Assembly (NCBI RefSeq): GCF_024502345.1
Contig: NZ_JALDNN010000001.1
DNA length: 64,000 nt
Strand: one strand, 5' to 3'
Origin: Escherichia coli
GTDB taxonomy: Bacteria > Pseudomonadota > Gammaproteobacteria > Enterobacterales > Enterobacteriaceae
Shown here: positions 10,774 through 21,437 of the stretch, in pieces
Layout: each line of letters starts with the position of its first letter
Position numbering within the stretch: position 1 is the first letter of the stretch
The notes under the pieces: model-generated
Told to the model about the DNA's origin: nothing
Database searches by the model: none
What the model saw: only the letters and a program-made list of their open reading frames with translations
Made by a program: the position numbers and the translations under genes

Positions 10774-13296
10774 ATGCTACAGATAATTGGTGCGTTAATT
10801 TTACTGGTAATCGGTTTTGTTATTATAAAAGCGTTGTTTAAGGCATCTCTCAATATTCTAGGTGTGATATTAGGATTGGGTGCATTGATTGTTGCAGGCC
10901 CACCTTTATTGGCGGGCTATATTGTAGAGCGCGTAACCTATGCGCTTCACTCACGTTGGCTGCTGGGTGTACCTCTTGCCATAGCAGGAATGGTGATTAG
11001 CTTTATGTGGGGACTTGATGGTAAACATATTGCCTACGAAGCTTATTCATTTGATTCAATGAAGTTTATTTTAACCGCTGCATTTGCCAGTGGCCTGCTT
11101 GCAGTACCTGTACAAACCAAGGCTATTCTACAAAACGGGCTTATACCAGCCGATATCAATGCCAAACTTAAAGAGTATTATTGCTGTTTTTATACATCTT
11201 ACTTTTTGATGGCCTGCTCTGCGGCTACACCGTTTATAGCCTGGCAATATAATATCTCATCTTCACTGATGTGGTGGACAGGATTGCTATACTGGATAGC
11301 AGCCTTACTGACACAGTTCTATGCGGCAAACCAAATTCAGGAACTCAAGAAGTTAACTAATGCCATCAATACAGGGTTAAATGAGCAAAAAGCGATCAAT
11401 AACCAACTTTGGCTGACGGAACTAAAAGAAGGAAGTAACCTCTCAGCAGAATTCGTAGAGACTATCTATCTTAAGTTGGTCTCACAGCATATTTTTCAGG
11501 GCGATACTCGAGAGCAGGATCTGGCTGGTGAAAACTGGCTTTTAAATGATGCCTGGTATGAAAGAAAGATGGCTGAATTTAATGAGCAGTTAAACAGTAA
11601 AATTGTACACTCATCAGATGAGCTAAGAAGCCTTTTTGGTAATAGGCTGAATTTACCCTCTGCTGCGAATGATGATCTCCTGAACCGTTATCTTGATGGT
11701 GGGAACTATTATTCTTTTTCGGATGGTCGAAAATTTGTCTCGTTTCACTATGTCGACGAGCTTTGTACCTGCACTTCATGCGGTTTGAGCGAGATTAAAA
11801 ACGCAAAACACCAGGACGGTTGTGGGAGCCAGGAATGGTATTGCTCTGATATTTGCCGGGAAACGGAAAAACTCTGCATTGAAATTCACAAGCGACCACA
11901 GGCTGAATTTATTTCCAGTGCAGCAACAAACGGTCTGATTCTCATGACGCTCCCGGAGGCCTGGAATACTAACGAAAAAATGTTTGCAGTGGGAGGACAA
12001 GGACATGGTTTTGCAGCCGAACGGGGAAATCATCTTACTGACAAAATCCAACTAAAAGATGCACATATTCTCGGTGATGATAATGCGAAAAATGGTGCAG
12101 ACAGGCTGGTTAACGGTTCAGAGATTCAGACCAAATACTGTGCAACCGCTGCACGTAGCGTCGGTGCTGGTTTTGACGGACAAAACGGTAATTATCGCTA
12201 TTATGACAGTAACGGAACCCCAATGCAGTTAGAGGTTCCGAAAGACCAGTATTCGAAAGCGCTTGAAACGATGGAGAACAAAATTCGCGATGGCAAAGTC
12301 CCCGGCGTTACCGATCCTGCAGAAGCCACAAAACTTGTACGTCAGGGACACCTGACTTATAGCCAGGCACAAAACATTACTAAGTTTGGCACGTTCGAAT
12401 CTATCACTTACGACATTGCGGAAGGATCTATCATCAGCCTCGCAGCTGGAGGTATCAGCTTCGGTCTGACAGCTTCTATTTTCTACCTCAATACCGGCGA
12501 TCGTAAGGCTGCGTTGCAAACGGCAGCAATACAGGCAGGTAAAACATTTACCCGCACACTGACAGTTTATGTGACGGTACAGCAATTACACCGTATCAGT
12601 GCCGTTCAGGGGTTACTTAAAAATATTGATTTTGCCGCTGCCAGCCCGACAGTTCGTAATGCGCTTCAACAGGGAGTCGGAGCTAACAATCTCAACTCCC
12701 TTAACAAGATGATGCGTGGCACACTGGTTACCTCTTTCGCACTGGTCGCCGTGACCACTGGTCCGGATATGATCAAAATGGTGCGAGGTCGTATTTCTGG
12801 GGCACAGTTTATAAAAAATCTGGCAGTTACTTCATCTGGTGTGGCTGGGGGTGCAATTGGTTCTATTGCTGGCGGAATGATGCTTAGTCCATTAGGTCCT
12901 TTCGGTGCTTTAGCAGGACGCGCAGCTGGTGGCTTGTTAGGCGGTATGATTGCCACAGCGATTTCCAAAAAAATAGCGGGTGCACTGGTTGAAGACGACC
13001 GAGTAAAAGTGCTGGCTCTCATCCAGGAACAGGTTACATGGCTTGCAACAAGTTTCATGCTTACAGCACACGAACTTGAAAACCTGAACGCGAATCTGGC
13101 AACAGTAATTGACCAAAAAACCCTGGAGGTTATCTTCGCCGCAAAAGAGCAAGACCGAGCAACGGCCAATATGCTGATTAAACCACTTGTAGTAAGTGTG
13201 GTTAAGCAACGACCGGTCCTGAGCTATGAACAATCGCAAATCTGCGAAATGGTCGATCAGCTTGATACATCGGTTTCATTATCTGCTGTTGCATAA
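10774..13296 (+). CDS. gene C: hypothetical 840-aa polytopic membrane protein with a Cys cluster and C-terminal Gly-zipper region
   Basis: About six predicted TM helices in residues 1-190; Cys cluster CTCTSCGLSEIKNAKHQDGCGSQEWYCSDIC; C-terminal GGAIGSIAGGMMLSPLGPFGALAGRAAGGLLGGMIATAIS; RBS AAGGA upstream. Confidence 0.65.
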   Translation: MLQIIGALILLVIGFVIIKALFKASLNILGVILGLGALIVAGPPLLAGYIVERVTYALHSRWLLGVPLAIAGMVISFMWGLDGKHIAYEAYSFDSMKFILTAAFASGLLAVPVQTKAILQNGLIPADINAKLKEYYCCFYTSYFLMACSAATPFIAWQYNISSSLMWWTGLLYWIAALLTQFYAANQIQELKKLTNAINTGLNEQKAINNQLWLTELKEGSNLSAEFVETIYLKLVSQHIFQGDTREQDLAGENWLLNDAWYERKMAEFNEQLNSKIVHSSDELRSLFGNRLNLPSAANDDLLNRYLDGGNYYSFSDGRKFVSFHYVDELCTCTSCGLSEIKNAKHQDGCGSQEWYCSDICRETEKLCIEIHKRPQAEFISSAATNGLILMTLPEAWNTNEKMFAVGGQGHGFAAERGNHLTDKIQLKDAHILGDDNAKNGADRLVNGSEIQTKYCATAARSVGAGFDGQNGNYRYYDSNGTPMQLEVPKDQYSKALETMENKIRDGKVPGVTDPAEATKLVRQGHLTYSQAQNITKFGTFESITYDIAEGSIISLAAGGISFGLTASIFYLNTGDRKAALQTAAIQAGKTFTRTLTVYVTVQQLHRISAVQGLLKNIDFAAASPTVRNALQQGVGANNLNSLNKMMRGTLVTSFALVAVTTGPDMIKMVRGRISGAQFIKNLAVTSSGVAGGAIGSIAGGMMLSPLGPFGALAGRAAGGLLGGMIATAISKKIAGALVEDDRVKVLALIQEQVTWLATSFMLTAHELENLNANLATVIDQKTLEVIFAAKEQDRATANMLIKPLVVSVVKQRPVLSYEQSQICEMVDQLDTSVSLSAVA

Positions 13297-13460
13297 TGAA
13301 AGGTATAAATTCATTACCATCGTGATATGGTGCTTCAGACGAAGCAAACTTAAATACCATTAACCCCATGATACTATTGTAAAATCCAAAAAAAATAATG
13401 GTAATCATCATAATGAACTGGTTCGAACAGACTGCGGAAGAGTATGGAGAATTAACAAAT

Positions 13461-13481
13461 AAGGGGGCATTTGCCCCCTTC
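13461..13481. terminator. GC-rich hairpin AAGGGGGC-ATTT-GCCCCCTT, probable terminator downstream of the arsC remnant / gene C
   Basis: Perfect 8-bp stem read directly; T-rich flank on the minus strand. Confidence 0.45.
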
Positions 13482-13485
13482 ATCA

Positions 13486-13640
13486 TTATTTCAGTCGTTT
13501 ACCTGCATCATCAACGACTTTCTCGCCGTCTTCCTTAGCAAATGCACCTTTTTGCGCATCCGGAAGAATATCCAGTACCACTTCGGAAGGACGGCACAGA
13601 CGCGTTCCCAATGGTGTCGCCACAATCGGGCGATTAATCA
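13486..13640 (-). pseudogene. arsC: arsC (arsenate reductase) remnant with internal deletion
   Basis: Minus-strand reading gives MSNITI then, after a gap, ...INRPIVVTPLGTRLCRPSEVVLDILPDAQKGAFAKEDGEKVVDDAGKRLK, matching recalled ArsC termini. Confidence 0.7.
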
Positions 13641-13676
13641 GGATCGGATAGTGATGTTGCTCATATCAATATCTCA

Positions 13677-13886
13677 TTACAAAGTGAAAGAGAGACGTAG
13701 CGCCAGCGCGGCCAGCGTTACAAACAGCACAGGCAGAGTCATGATGATCCCGGTGCGGAAATAGTATCCCCAGGTGATGGTCATGTTCTTCTGTGAAAAG
13801 ACATGCAGCCAGAGTAGCGTTGCCAGGCTACCAATAGGTGTAATTTTCGGCCCCAGATCGCAGCCAATCACGTTGGCATAAATCAT
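13677..13886 (-). pseudogene. arsB: arsB (arsenite efflux pump) 3'-terminal fragment
   Basis: ...[65 protein letters not shown] matches the recalled ArsB C-terminus. Confidence 0.7.
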
Positions 13887-16800
13887 CGCCTCTTTGATAA
13901 CGCATCATACTGCCAGCGGAATAACTCTCTTCGTCAATACGGCTCTCGCTGTACGCTTACCCATCTAGAGAGGTTTCAGGTGATTATCGATGTCAGAAGA
14001 CTGAATGATTCAGTCGTTTACTTTGAGATAGATCAGAGGTTTTTCACTACCTGTGTTCATCACATGGCTACGAATAGTAGAATCCAAGCATAAATTAACG
14101 CTTAGAAAAGTTGAGCTCATGAGATTCCACCCTGAAGGGCCTTCCATACCCGATATCCTCTTAGAACGCTGTGATACAGGTCGAGTTGTATTTCTCTGTG
14201 GCGCTGGGGTTTCATTACCTTCAGGGATGCCAAGCTTTGTAGAGCTTACCCAGCATGTAATTGAATACTTTGACCCACCACACGATTCAGAAATCATGGC
14301 AGCATTTCGCCCATGGCTTCACGACCAATCTTCAGCTAATGTCCCTCTCGACCAAATTTTCAACCTCCTACATCTGGAATATGGCAAGGATGAGGTGAAT
14401 GCTTTGGTATCAAAGCGTCTGGGGACTGCAAGAACTGATATAGAGATTGGACGTGAGCATGCCCTGATTAAAAGAATTTCCTCAAATCAGAGTGGTGTCC
14501 CACAGATTGTCACAACGAACTTTGACCGACTGTTCGAGGATAACCAAGCGCAAGATAATCTAACTCGATATGTGCCGCCAGCTTTCCCAAATCTGAATTT
14601 CGGTTCGACAATTGAGGGAATAACATATCTTCACGGCCGCCTGGTCGACGAAAATGCTGTAAACCATCCTTATGTGCTGAGCAGTGCAGACTTTGGAAGA
14701 GCATATCTTTCAGAAGGATGGGCGACCAATTTTATTAAGCTTCTTCTGGAACGATACATCGTTGTTTTGGTCGGTTATCAGGCAGAAGACCCACCAGTTA
14801 AATACCTCCTTCAGGGTCTCAATCATGATGGCCAGTATGATCGTTCCAGACTTTATGCATTTGATCGCGGCCTTGCCGAGGATATCGAAGCCAAATGGCG
14901 TGACAGAGGAGTTACAGCCATAGCCTATTCCGATCATCCAGCTCTTTGGAAGACTTTGGAAGCATGGGCTGAGCGAGTAGATGATCCACGTCGATGGCGA
15001 GCTTCTATTATCGCTAAAAGCCAGCAAGATCCGAAAGTTCTAGCACCGTATGAACGTGGTCAACTTGCCCATATACTTCGCACTACACAAGGTGCGAAAT
15101 TGTTCTCTGAAGCTGTTCCTCTTCCCCATCCAGAGTGGCTTTGTGTGATGGATGCAAATATTCGGTCAGCCAAACAGAAGAAAAGATACTACGAACTTGA
15201 TGACAATGATGCAGAGACCTTCGATCCACAAGAAGCTTATGGGCTTGATGACGATCTGCAAGATATCGCTGATGATGAACGTAAACGTGGAGTGAGTAAC
15301 GATAATCTCCTTGAATGGCGCGACGAAGATGATAACCCGTCAGATTACCATCGCTTGGCTGGATGTTTGGAGACAATGCCGAAACGATTGAGCCATCTCA
15401 TGGTCTGGTTCTGCAAATCTCTTGATAGCCCCGTGATGGCTTGGTGGGCTATCCGAAAAATCAGTATTCATCCTCTACTACTACAAAATATTGAACGCAA
15501 TATTGAGCATTCAACATCAATCCACAAACGCGCTCGTCAACTGTGGGGCTTAATTCTTGAACATCATAAAGATCCCCGCAATCGTCGTTATGACGTCGAT
15601 TGGTACGACTTAAAAGCTCGAATTACAAAACAAGGCTGGACAGCTGGTGTCTTACGAGAATTTCGTAGGGTAATGACACCCCGATTGGAAAAGAAGTTGC
15701 CGTATGGATTGGGTGAAGTCAGACCGCCAAGCGGCTCCTGGGAGGAAATTCAGTTCAGCGAATTTGGCCAATTTGAAGTTGTGTTCACCGAAAGACATGA
15801 TGACGATTTAGACGTACCTGACAATGTATTACTACAAGTATTTAATGCCTTAGAAGCGCAAATAATAACTGCCTCCGGAATGTTAGAGGATATTGATACG
15901 CACTACTTTCCAAGCCCAAGTTGTTATCCAGAACGTGCGGTTGAAGGAGAAGAACATTTCGCGAAAGGTGCGGAGGTATTAACTTGGTTTGTCCAACTTT
16001 TAGACCGAGTTGTTATGAAGTGGCCAGAATTGGCTAAGGCATACGTAACAACTTGGCCAGTTAAGGAGCCATTTTTCTTCCGAAAGCTTAGACTTTATGC
16101 ATTCAGTAAAAAAGGCGTCTTTGAGGCTGACCGTGTTGCCGAAGAGCTTTTGTCTTTGGATCAAAGTGGATTTTGGGACACAAATATTACCCGCGAACTT
16201 CTTTTTCTGCTCACTGATCGTTGGGAAGAATTCTCGCAAGAAAATCAGAATCGAATTATAGAGCATATATTAACCGGCCCGAACCATTTACTTTATTTGT
16301 CTGAGGAAGACATTCCAAAAGAAAGAGAGATATTAGCAGCTAGATACGCTCGTTATCTCGAACTAAACGGCTGTAAAGTAACCACTATTCATCGTGACCA
16401 ACTAACTGCGATGATTAAAAGAATTCCTGACTGGAATGATGGCTGGGCTACATCTGTTGTCATCAATTGGGGTTCACGGACAGGTTGGGTTCGTACAGAC
16501 GAAAAGCCAGATATAATCTTAGATCTTCCAGCAAACGAAATAATCCCAAAAGTAAAAGAGATACTTAAACGAGAGGATGATAGCTTTACTAGTAGGCAAC
16601 CCTTTGTCGGATTGATAAAAGAAAATCCGCGTAAAGCTTTGTCTGCACTCGCTATTGCAGGGAGAGGCGGTGATTACCCTAAGGAATTTTGGTCGCCAAT
16701 GATAAGTGAGTTACCTATAGATCTTAAACCAAGGGTGAGACGAGTATTCCTGAACCGAATTGTGCGATTGCCAGTTACAGCTTTGGTCGAGTTACGACAT

Positions 16801-17333
16801 ACATTAAGTAACTGGCTTGAACAAAATTTAGCTGCGACTCTTGAATTTGATGAGGATCTCGGGTGGGCAGTTTACGATCATGTCATAGCAGGCATACTGA
16901 GTGGTGGCGCCAGTGCAATACGGAGTAGTTTCGGAGAAGTTATCCGGAATGGAGAAGTTGTAATACAGTCTCGCCGCACGTTCAGTCATGCAATCAATGG
17001 TCCTGTCGGTAAATGTACTCAAGCGCTTTTTCAAGCAATGCCAAGTGAAGAGAAAAAAGCTGGTTCGCTTATTCCTTACTCTATTAAGTCTCGTATTGAA
17101 CATCTTTTTACTGCACCAGGAGAAGGAGCGGACCACGCTATAGCTATAACGTCTCGCAATCTAAATTGGCTAATGTTTGTTGATCCTGCATGGGTAAAGG
17201 AATGGCTTATACCCCTTTTGGATTTAAAACATCCTGCAGCAGAACCAGTATGGAATGGTTATCTTCAGTGCAATGCTATGCCTTCAATTGCAGTAGCTGA
17301 ACTTATTAAACCAGCTTTTCTTAACCTTATCCC

Positions 17334-18390
17334 GGCTTTGTTGAATAAATCAGATTTCGGGTAAGTCTCCCCCGTAGCGGGTTGTGTTTTCAGGCAATAC
17401 GCACGCTTTCAGGCATACCTGCTTTCGTCATTTTGTTCAGCGCTCGTACCAGGGCCATAGCCTCTGCAACCTGACCATCGTAGTCACGCAGTGTCAGTGA
17501 ACCCCCGAACAGCTGTTTTACCCGGTACATCGCCGTTTCCGCTATCGAGCGACGGTTGTAATCTGTTGTCCATTTCCACCGCGCATTACTCCCGGTCATT
17601 CGCTGATTAGCCACTGCACGGTTACGGTCTGCATATTCACCGGGCCAGTAACCCGCACCTTTTCGGGGAGGGATAAGCGCGCTGATTTTCTTACGCCGCA
17701 GTTCATCGTGACATAGCCGGGTATCGTAAGCGCCATCGGCGGCGGCTGACCTGATTTTCCGGTGGGTTTGCCGGATTAACCCGGGGAAGGCCTCTGAGTC
17801 CGTAACGTTGTTCAGCGACAGGTCAGCGCAGATGATTTCATGTGTTTTACTGTCAACGGCGAGATGCAGCTTACGCCAGATACGGCGGCGTTCCTGGCCA
17901 TGCTTTTTGACTTTCCACTCGCCTTCACCGAAGACCTTCAGCCCGGTGGAATCAATTACCAGGTGTGCGATTTCACCCCGGGTGGGCGTTTTGAAACTGA
18001 CATTAACCGACTTTGCCCGCCTGCTGACACAGCTGTAATCCGGGCAGCGTAGCGGAACGTTCATCAGAGAAAAAATGGAATCAATAAAGCCCTGCGCAGC
18101 GCGCAGGGTCAGCCTGAATACGCGTTTAATGACCAGCACAGTCGTGATGGCAAGGTCAGAATAGCGCTGAGGTCTGCCTCGTGAAGAAGGTGTTGCTGAC
18201 TCATACCAGGCCTGAATAGCTTCATCATCCAGCCAGAAAGTTATGGAGCCACGGTTGATGAGGGCTTTATTGTAGGTGGGCCAGTTGGTGATTTTGAACT
18301 TTTGCTTTGCCACGGAACGGTCTGCGTTGTCGGGAAGATACGTGATCTGATCCTTCAACTCAGCAAAAGTTCGATTTATTCAACAAAGCC
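17334..18390 (-). mobile_element. IS903-group element copy B (inverted), 9-bp TSD CCTTATCCC
   Basis: Terminal IRs at 17334..17351 and 18373..18390; CCTTATCCC at 17325..17333 and 18391..18399. Confidence 0.92.
17390..18358 (-). CDS. IS903-group transposase (322 aa), identical to copy A
   Basis: Identical translation to 6097..7065. Confidence 0.9.
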   Translation of the reverse strand: MKDQITYLPDNADRSVAKQKFKITNWPTYNKALINRGSITFWLDDEAIQAWYESATPSSRGRPQRYSDLAITTVLVIKRVFRLTLRAAQGFIDSIFSLMNVPLRCPDYSCVSRRAKSVNVSFKTPTRGEIAHLVIDSTGLKVFGEGEWKVKKHGQERRRIWRKLHLAVDSKTHEIICADLSLNNVTDSEAFPGLIRQTHRKIRSAAADGAYDTRLCHDELRRKKISALIPPRKGAGYWPGEYADRNRAVANQRMTGSNARWKWTTDYNRRSIAETAMYRVKQLFGGSLTLRDYDGQVAEAMALVRALNKMTKAGMPESVRIA

Positions 18391-19152
18391 CCTTATCCCT
18401 TGGATCGAATCTCTTTCTTGGGAAAAAGATTATTCAGTTCGAGCTTCGCAATGGCTTGGCTTAATGAGAATGTTTCACCCTGATGAGCCCTCCAGTCCTT
18501 CCAGGAATGAAATGCGCTCCATATTACGAGCATTATCTGACGAGGCTCGAAATCGTTTTATTTCCTGGTTAGGATTGGTCGGGCAGAAAAACGAGAGTGG
18601 CTGGGTTAAGTATGTGATCCCATTAATCAGAGAGGACTGGCCCAAAGAACGCCAATATAGAACCACGAGCTCTGTAAAAGCATGGATTGGTTTACTTGAC
18701 GATACTGGCGATAAGTTTCCGGAGGTTTACGATTCAGTAAAAACATACTTAGTACCAATCGAGACAATTGATCATTTGTTCTACAGATTCACTCGGGAGC
18801 TCGGTGGTAAAGGAGCAATTGCAGCTATTTTTCCAGAAACCACGCTTGATTTAATGGACAAAATAACACCACTGATATTCACGCGTACATCAGGAGAGCT
18901 GCAGAAGATTCTTGAGCTAATTGAAGATACAGATACAAGTCTGATCAAGGATTCTCGGTACTTACGGCTTATTGCACTGGTTGAGAAAAATTAGCATTTA
19001 TGGTTTTTTACCGTTGTTGATTACTCAGCAACACTTTTCGACATGCCGTAGCGCTTATCGCCTGTTCTTGACTAAGATGAGAAGCAGGCGTTAAAGTTTG
19101 GTTAAAGGAGAACCTCTAACCATTCCTTCTGGAAGAAATAATCTTTGGAGTA

Positions 19153-19881
19153 TTATTGAAATTGCTCAAATATACCATGCAACCCAATAAATTTTATTTT
19201 TAGTGCAGGATCATGCCTTAGAACAGTCTCAAGTGAGTTCCGCTCATAAATTATTGATTGTGCTTGTATTGAGCCGTTCCATGAAGGCAAAAGCAGTAAA
19301 GCAGATGTTTCCAAATCAATACCCCACCAATCGTTAACATAGCAATTTAAAAAATCAACAAGAGCCTTAATCGCAATAAAAGCATCTTTTTCGGTATATG
19401 TTTCAGGATCGAGGGATATACCTGATATATTACTTTTAGCTTGCTCGGAATTAATATTAGACTGGTGTTGATAAGCAATTTTTCCTTCACCCGGTTTAGT
19501 TTCTATTGTATCAGTGAAAATTTTAATCTTAGGATGCACCAATGCATTTCGTTGTGCTATTAATTCTTTTATTATTTGTGTTTGAGTGGTTCCACGAGGT
19601 AAAGACATGTCTTTATGCCATTGAAGAGTATAGTCAAATTTATCAAGTGAAGAGAACCTGTCAATTTGATCTTTTAACTTTTGCGTTATTTCTATAGAAG
19701 ATAAAAATGAGTTAGCTGCAGCCTCAATAGCGTAGTTAATTGAAAGTACACTTGATTTGGCAAGTGTTTTTTTGATGTGTGATTTTTTTGTTGCAGCTGA
19801 TAATTCATAAAGAGTTATTGCATCAGAAAAAAGCTCAAAAAAGCTGTTCTTGGTTATTTCAACTTTTCTTTTCACACGCAA
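19153..19881 (-). CDS. hypothetical 242-aa protein with HEPN-like R-x4-H motif (ELIAQRNALVHP)
   Basis: Motif read from the translation; last gene of an AT-rich three-gene minus-strand cluster. Confidence 0.55.
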   Translation of the reverse strand: MRVKRKVEITKNSFFELFSDAITLYELSAATKKSHIKKTLAKSSVLSINYAIEAAANSFLSSIEITQKLKDQIDRFSSLDKFDYTLQWHKDMSLPRGTTQTQIIKELIAQRNALVHPKIKIFTDTIETKPGEGKIAYQHQSNINSEQAKSNISGISLDPETYTEKDAFIAIKALVDFLNCYVNDWWGIDLETSALLLLPSWNGSIQAQSIIYERNSLETVLRHDPALKIKFIGLHGIFEQFQ

Positions 19882-19965
19882 CCCTCTGCATAAAAAAATA
19901 AAATCATATAGACAGAATACAATTTCCTATAATCTTTATATTCTACTAATTGTGGATATAAATGG

Positions 19966-21437
19966 CTATCGAGAATAAGAACTGGGTTTAGGAAAACCAC
20001 CTCTGACGACGACAACAACAATTGCAACTTGAGATTGACCTGTTGGATGAGTGAATACTTCAATATCATCCTCTATTACTCCCACCGGCGCTGATTTTGA
20101 CGTTGATTCCAGAACAACCAAAATACCGATACGCTTACCTAATCCAATGGCATAAGCTGCTGTTTGATCGAAATATTTTTGAAAATCCTTGGGAAAAAGA
20201 ACCTTATTATTTTCAACTTTTAGTTCTATCGAAATGTCTTCAAATGTGAGATCCGTTATCCCGCCAGCAGCCTCTGGATGGCCTTGTAATTTCTCGCCAA
20301 TCTCATTCCTACTTCTAAGCATTTCGGCTATTTTACGCTGAAATTTTTGCTCTGATGTGCCAGCAATAAATAAACTAGCTTTAAGAGCTTGTGCTGCAAC
20401 ATTTCCTAAGCCGCCAAGTATAACCATTGTATTAGCAATGTCATCTGAGTGTAATCCAGGGAAAGCTCGTAATATGTTACGAATTTTTATAAGATGCCTA
20501 TCGACGTTTGAAAATCCAGTTAATGGAGCTTGAGCGGAATCACTCCCTTCAAGTAGTAAGCGCCTATGTCCTACGATAGCAATATTTTGGCAATTACTTA
20601 AATTGTCAAACTCGGCAGCATATAGGAATTCGTAAGGTCTCGAGCCAAATGAATTTGCCACTTCCAAGACGACACGACCGATCCCCTTCAGTGTGAAGGG
20701 GCCTTCCCCCTCTGGTTTCTCAAATCTAAAATCAGGCAACCAGTCTCGCTCACGAGCATCAATTGTCACTGGCTTTAATGAGAGGAAATTTGCACTTTTT
20801 GGCCAATTTGAAACCCTGACCTCTATGTTAAGGTCATAAGCCGTACCCGGCTTAAGATAATTCCATTGCTGAGCTGGTTCCCCATCAATATCAAACTTTA
20901 GAAATGCAACTGTCGATTCTTGTGTTTTATTCTCTTTTGTCCCTTTACTAGATATTCCTTGCCTAATCCCCTCAATATTTTTATCGCGAAGATTTGCGAA
21001 TAAGAGTAGTGGCAATGACCAGCTTGTTAACTGGTCTTGTATTTGTTTTAATGAATCTAATTTACTGATTGAACGGACTTGCTCTATAAATTCATTAAAT
21101 TGTTTGTTCTCCGAGAGACTCGTCGTCATGTCGATCTCTGATGCTTTTAATTGTGCTGAATTTAAAAACCTTTGAGCATCAGTCTCAGCATTACGTATAG
21201 CATGTTTCCACTCAGCTAGAGTTACAAATATAGTCATTGCTATATAATATGCACGATATTGATCTTCAACATATCCCTGACCGAGCTCATCGAGCGTTTC
21301 ATTGAGCTTTTGACACGCTTCTTTAAGTTTCACCAAGTCATTCGGAATGGACTTGAGTGCACCATCCAACGCTGCTGCAATCTCAACCCTCGGAGAAAAA
21401 GCTTGGCGGAAAATCTCGAAATTTGGCTCGTTCTTCA
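19966..21437 (-). CDS. hypothetical about 490-aa protein with possible C-terminal PD-(D/E)xK nuclease-like motif (ITDLTFEDISIELK); start uncertain (21437 or 21480)
   Basis: ORF overlaps the upstream 857-aa gene by 55 bp or more; D...E-x-K pattern near the C-terminus. Confidence 0.5.

Larger units (their letters stand above)
14119..18994 (+). pseudogene. DSR-like defence sirtuin (N-terminal SIR2 domain, about 1270 aa when intact) interrupted near its 3' end by IS903 copy B (14119..17333 + 18391..18994)
   Basis: SIR2 motifs VFLCGAGVSLPSGMPSF, QIVTTNFDRLFE, YLHGRL; frame is continuous across the insertion once the 1057-bp IS plus 9-bp TSD are removed; start may instead be GTG 14053. Confidence 0.75.

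Noticed and set aside
13202-13764. ORFs 13202..13486 (-) and 13471..13764 (+) between gene C and the sirtuin gene
   Set aside because: They overlap the gene C 3' end and the arsC/arsB remnants in the wrong frame or strand; the region is better explained as ars pseudogene debris plus a terminator hairpin.
14053-14118. Upstream GTG-initiated extension of the sirtuin ORF (MFITWLRIVESKHKLTLRKVEL)
   Set aside because: No ribosome-binding site and non-ATG start; ATG 14119 (MRFHPEG...) is the more plausible start, though this is not settled.
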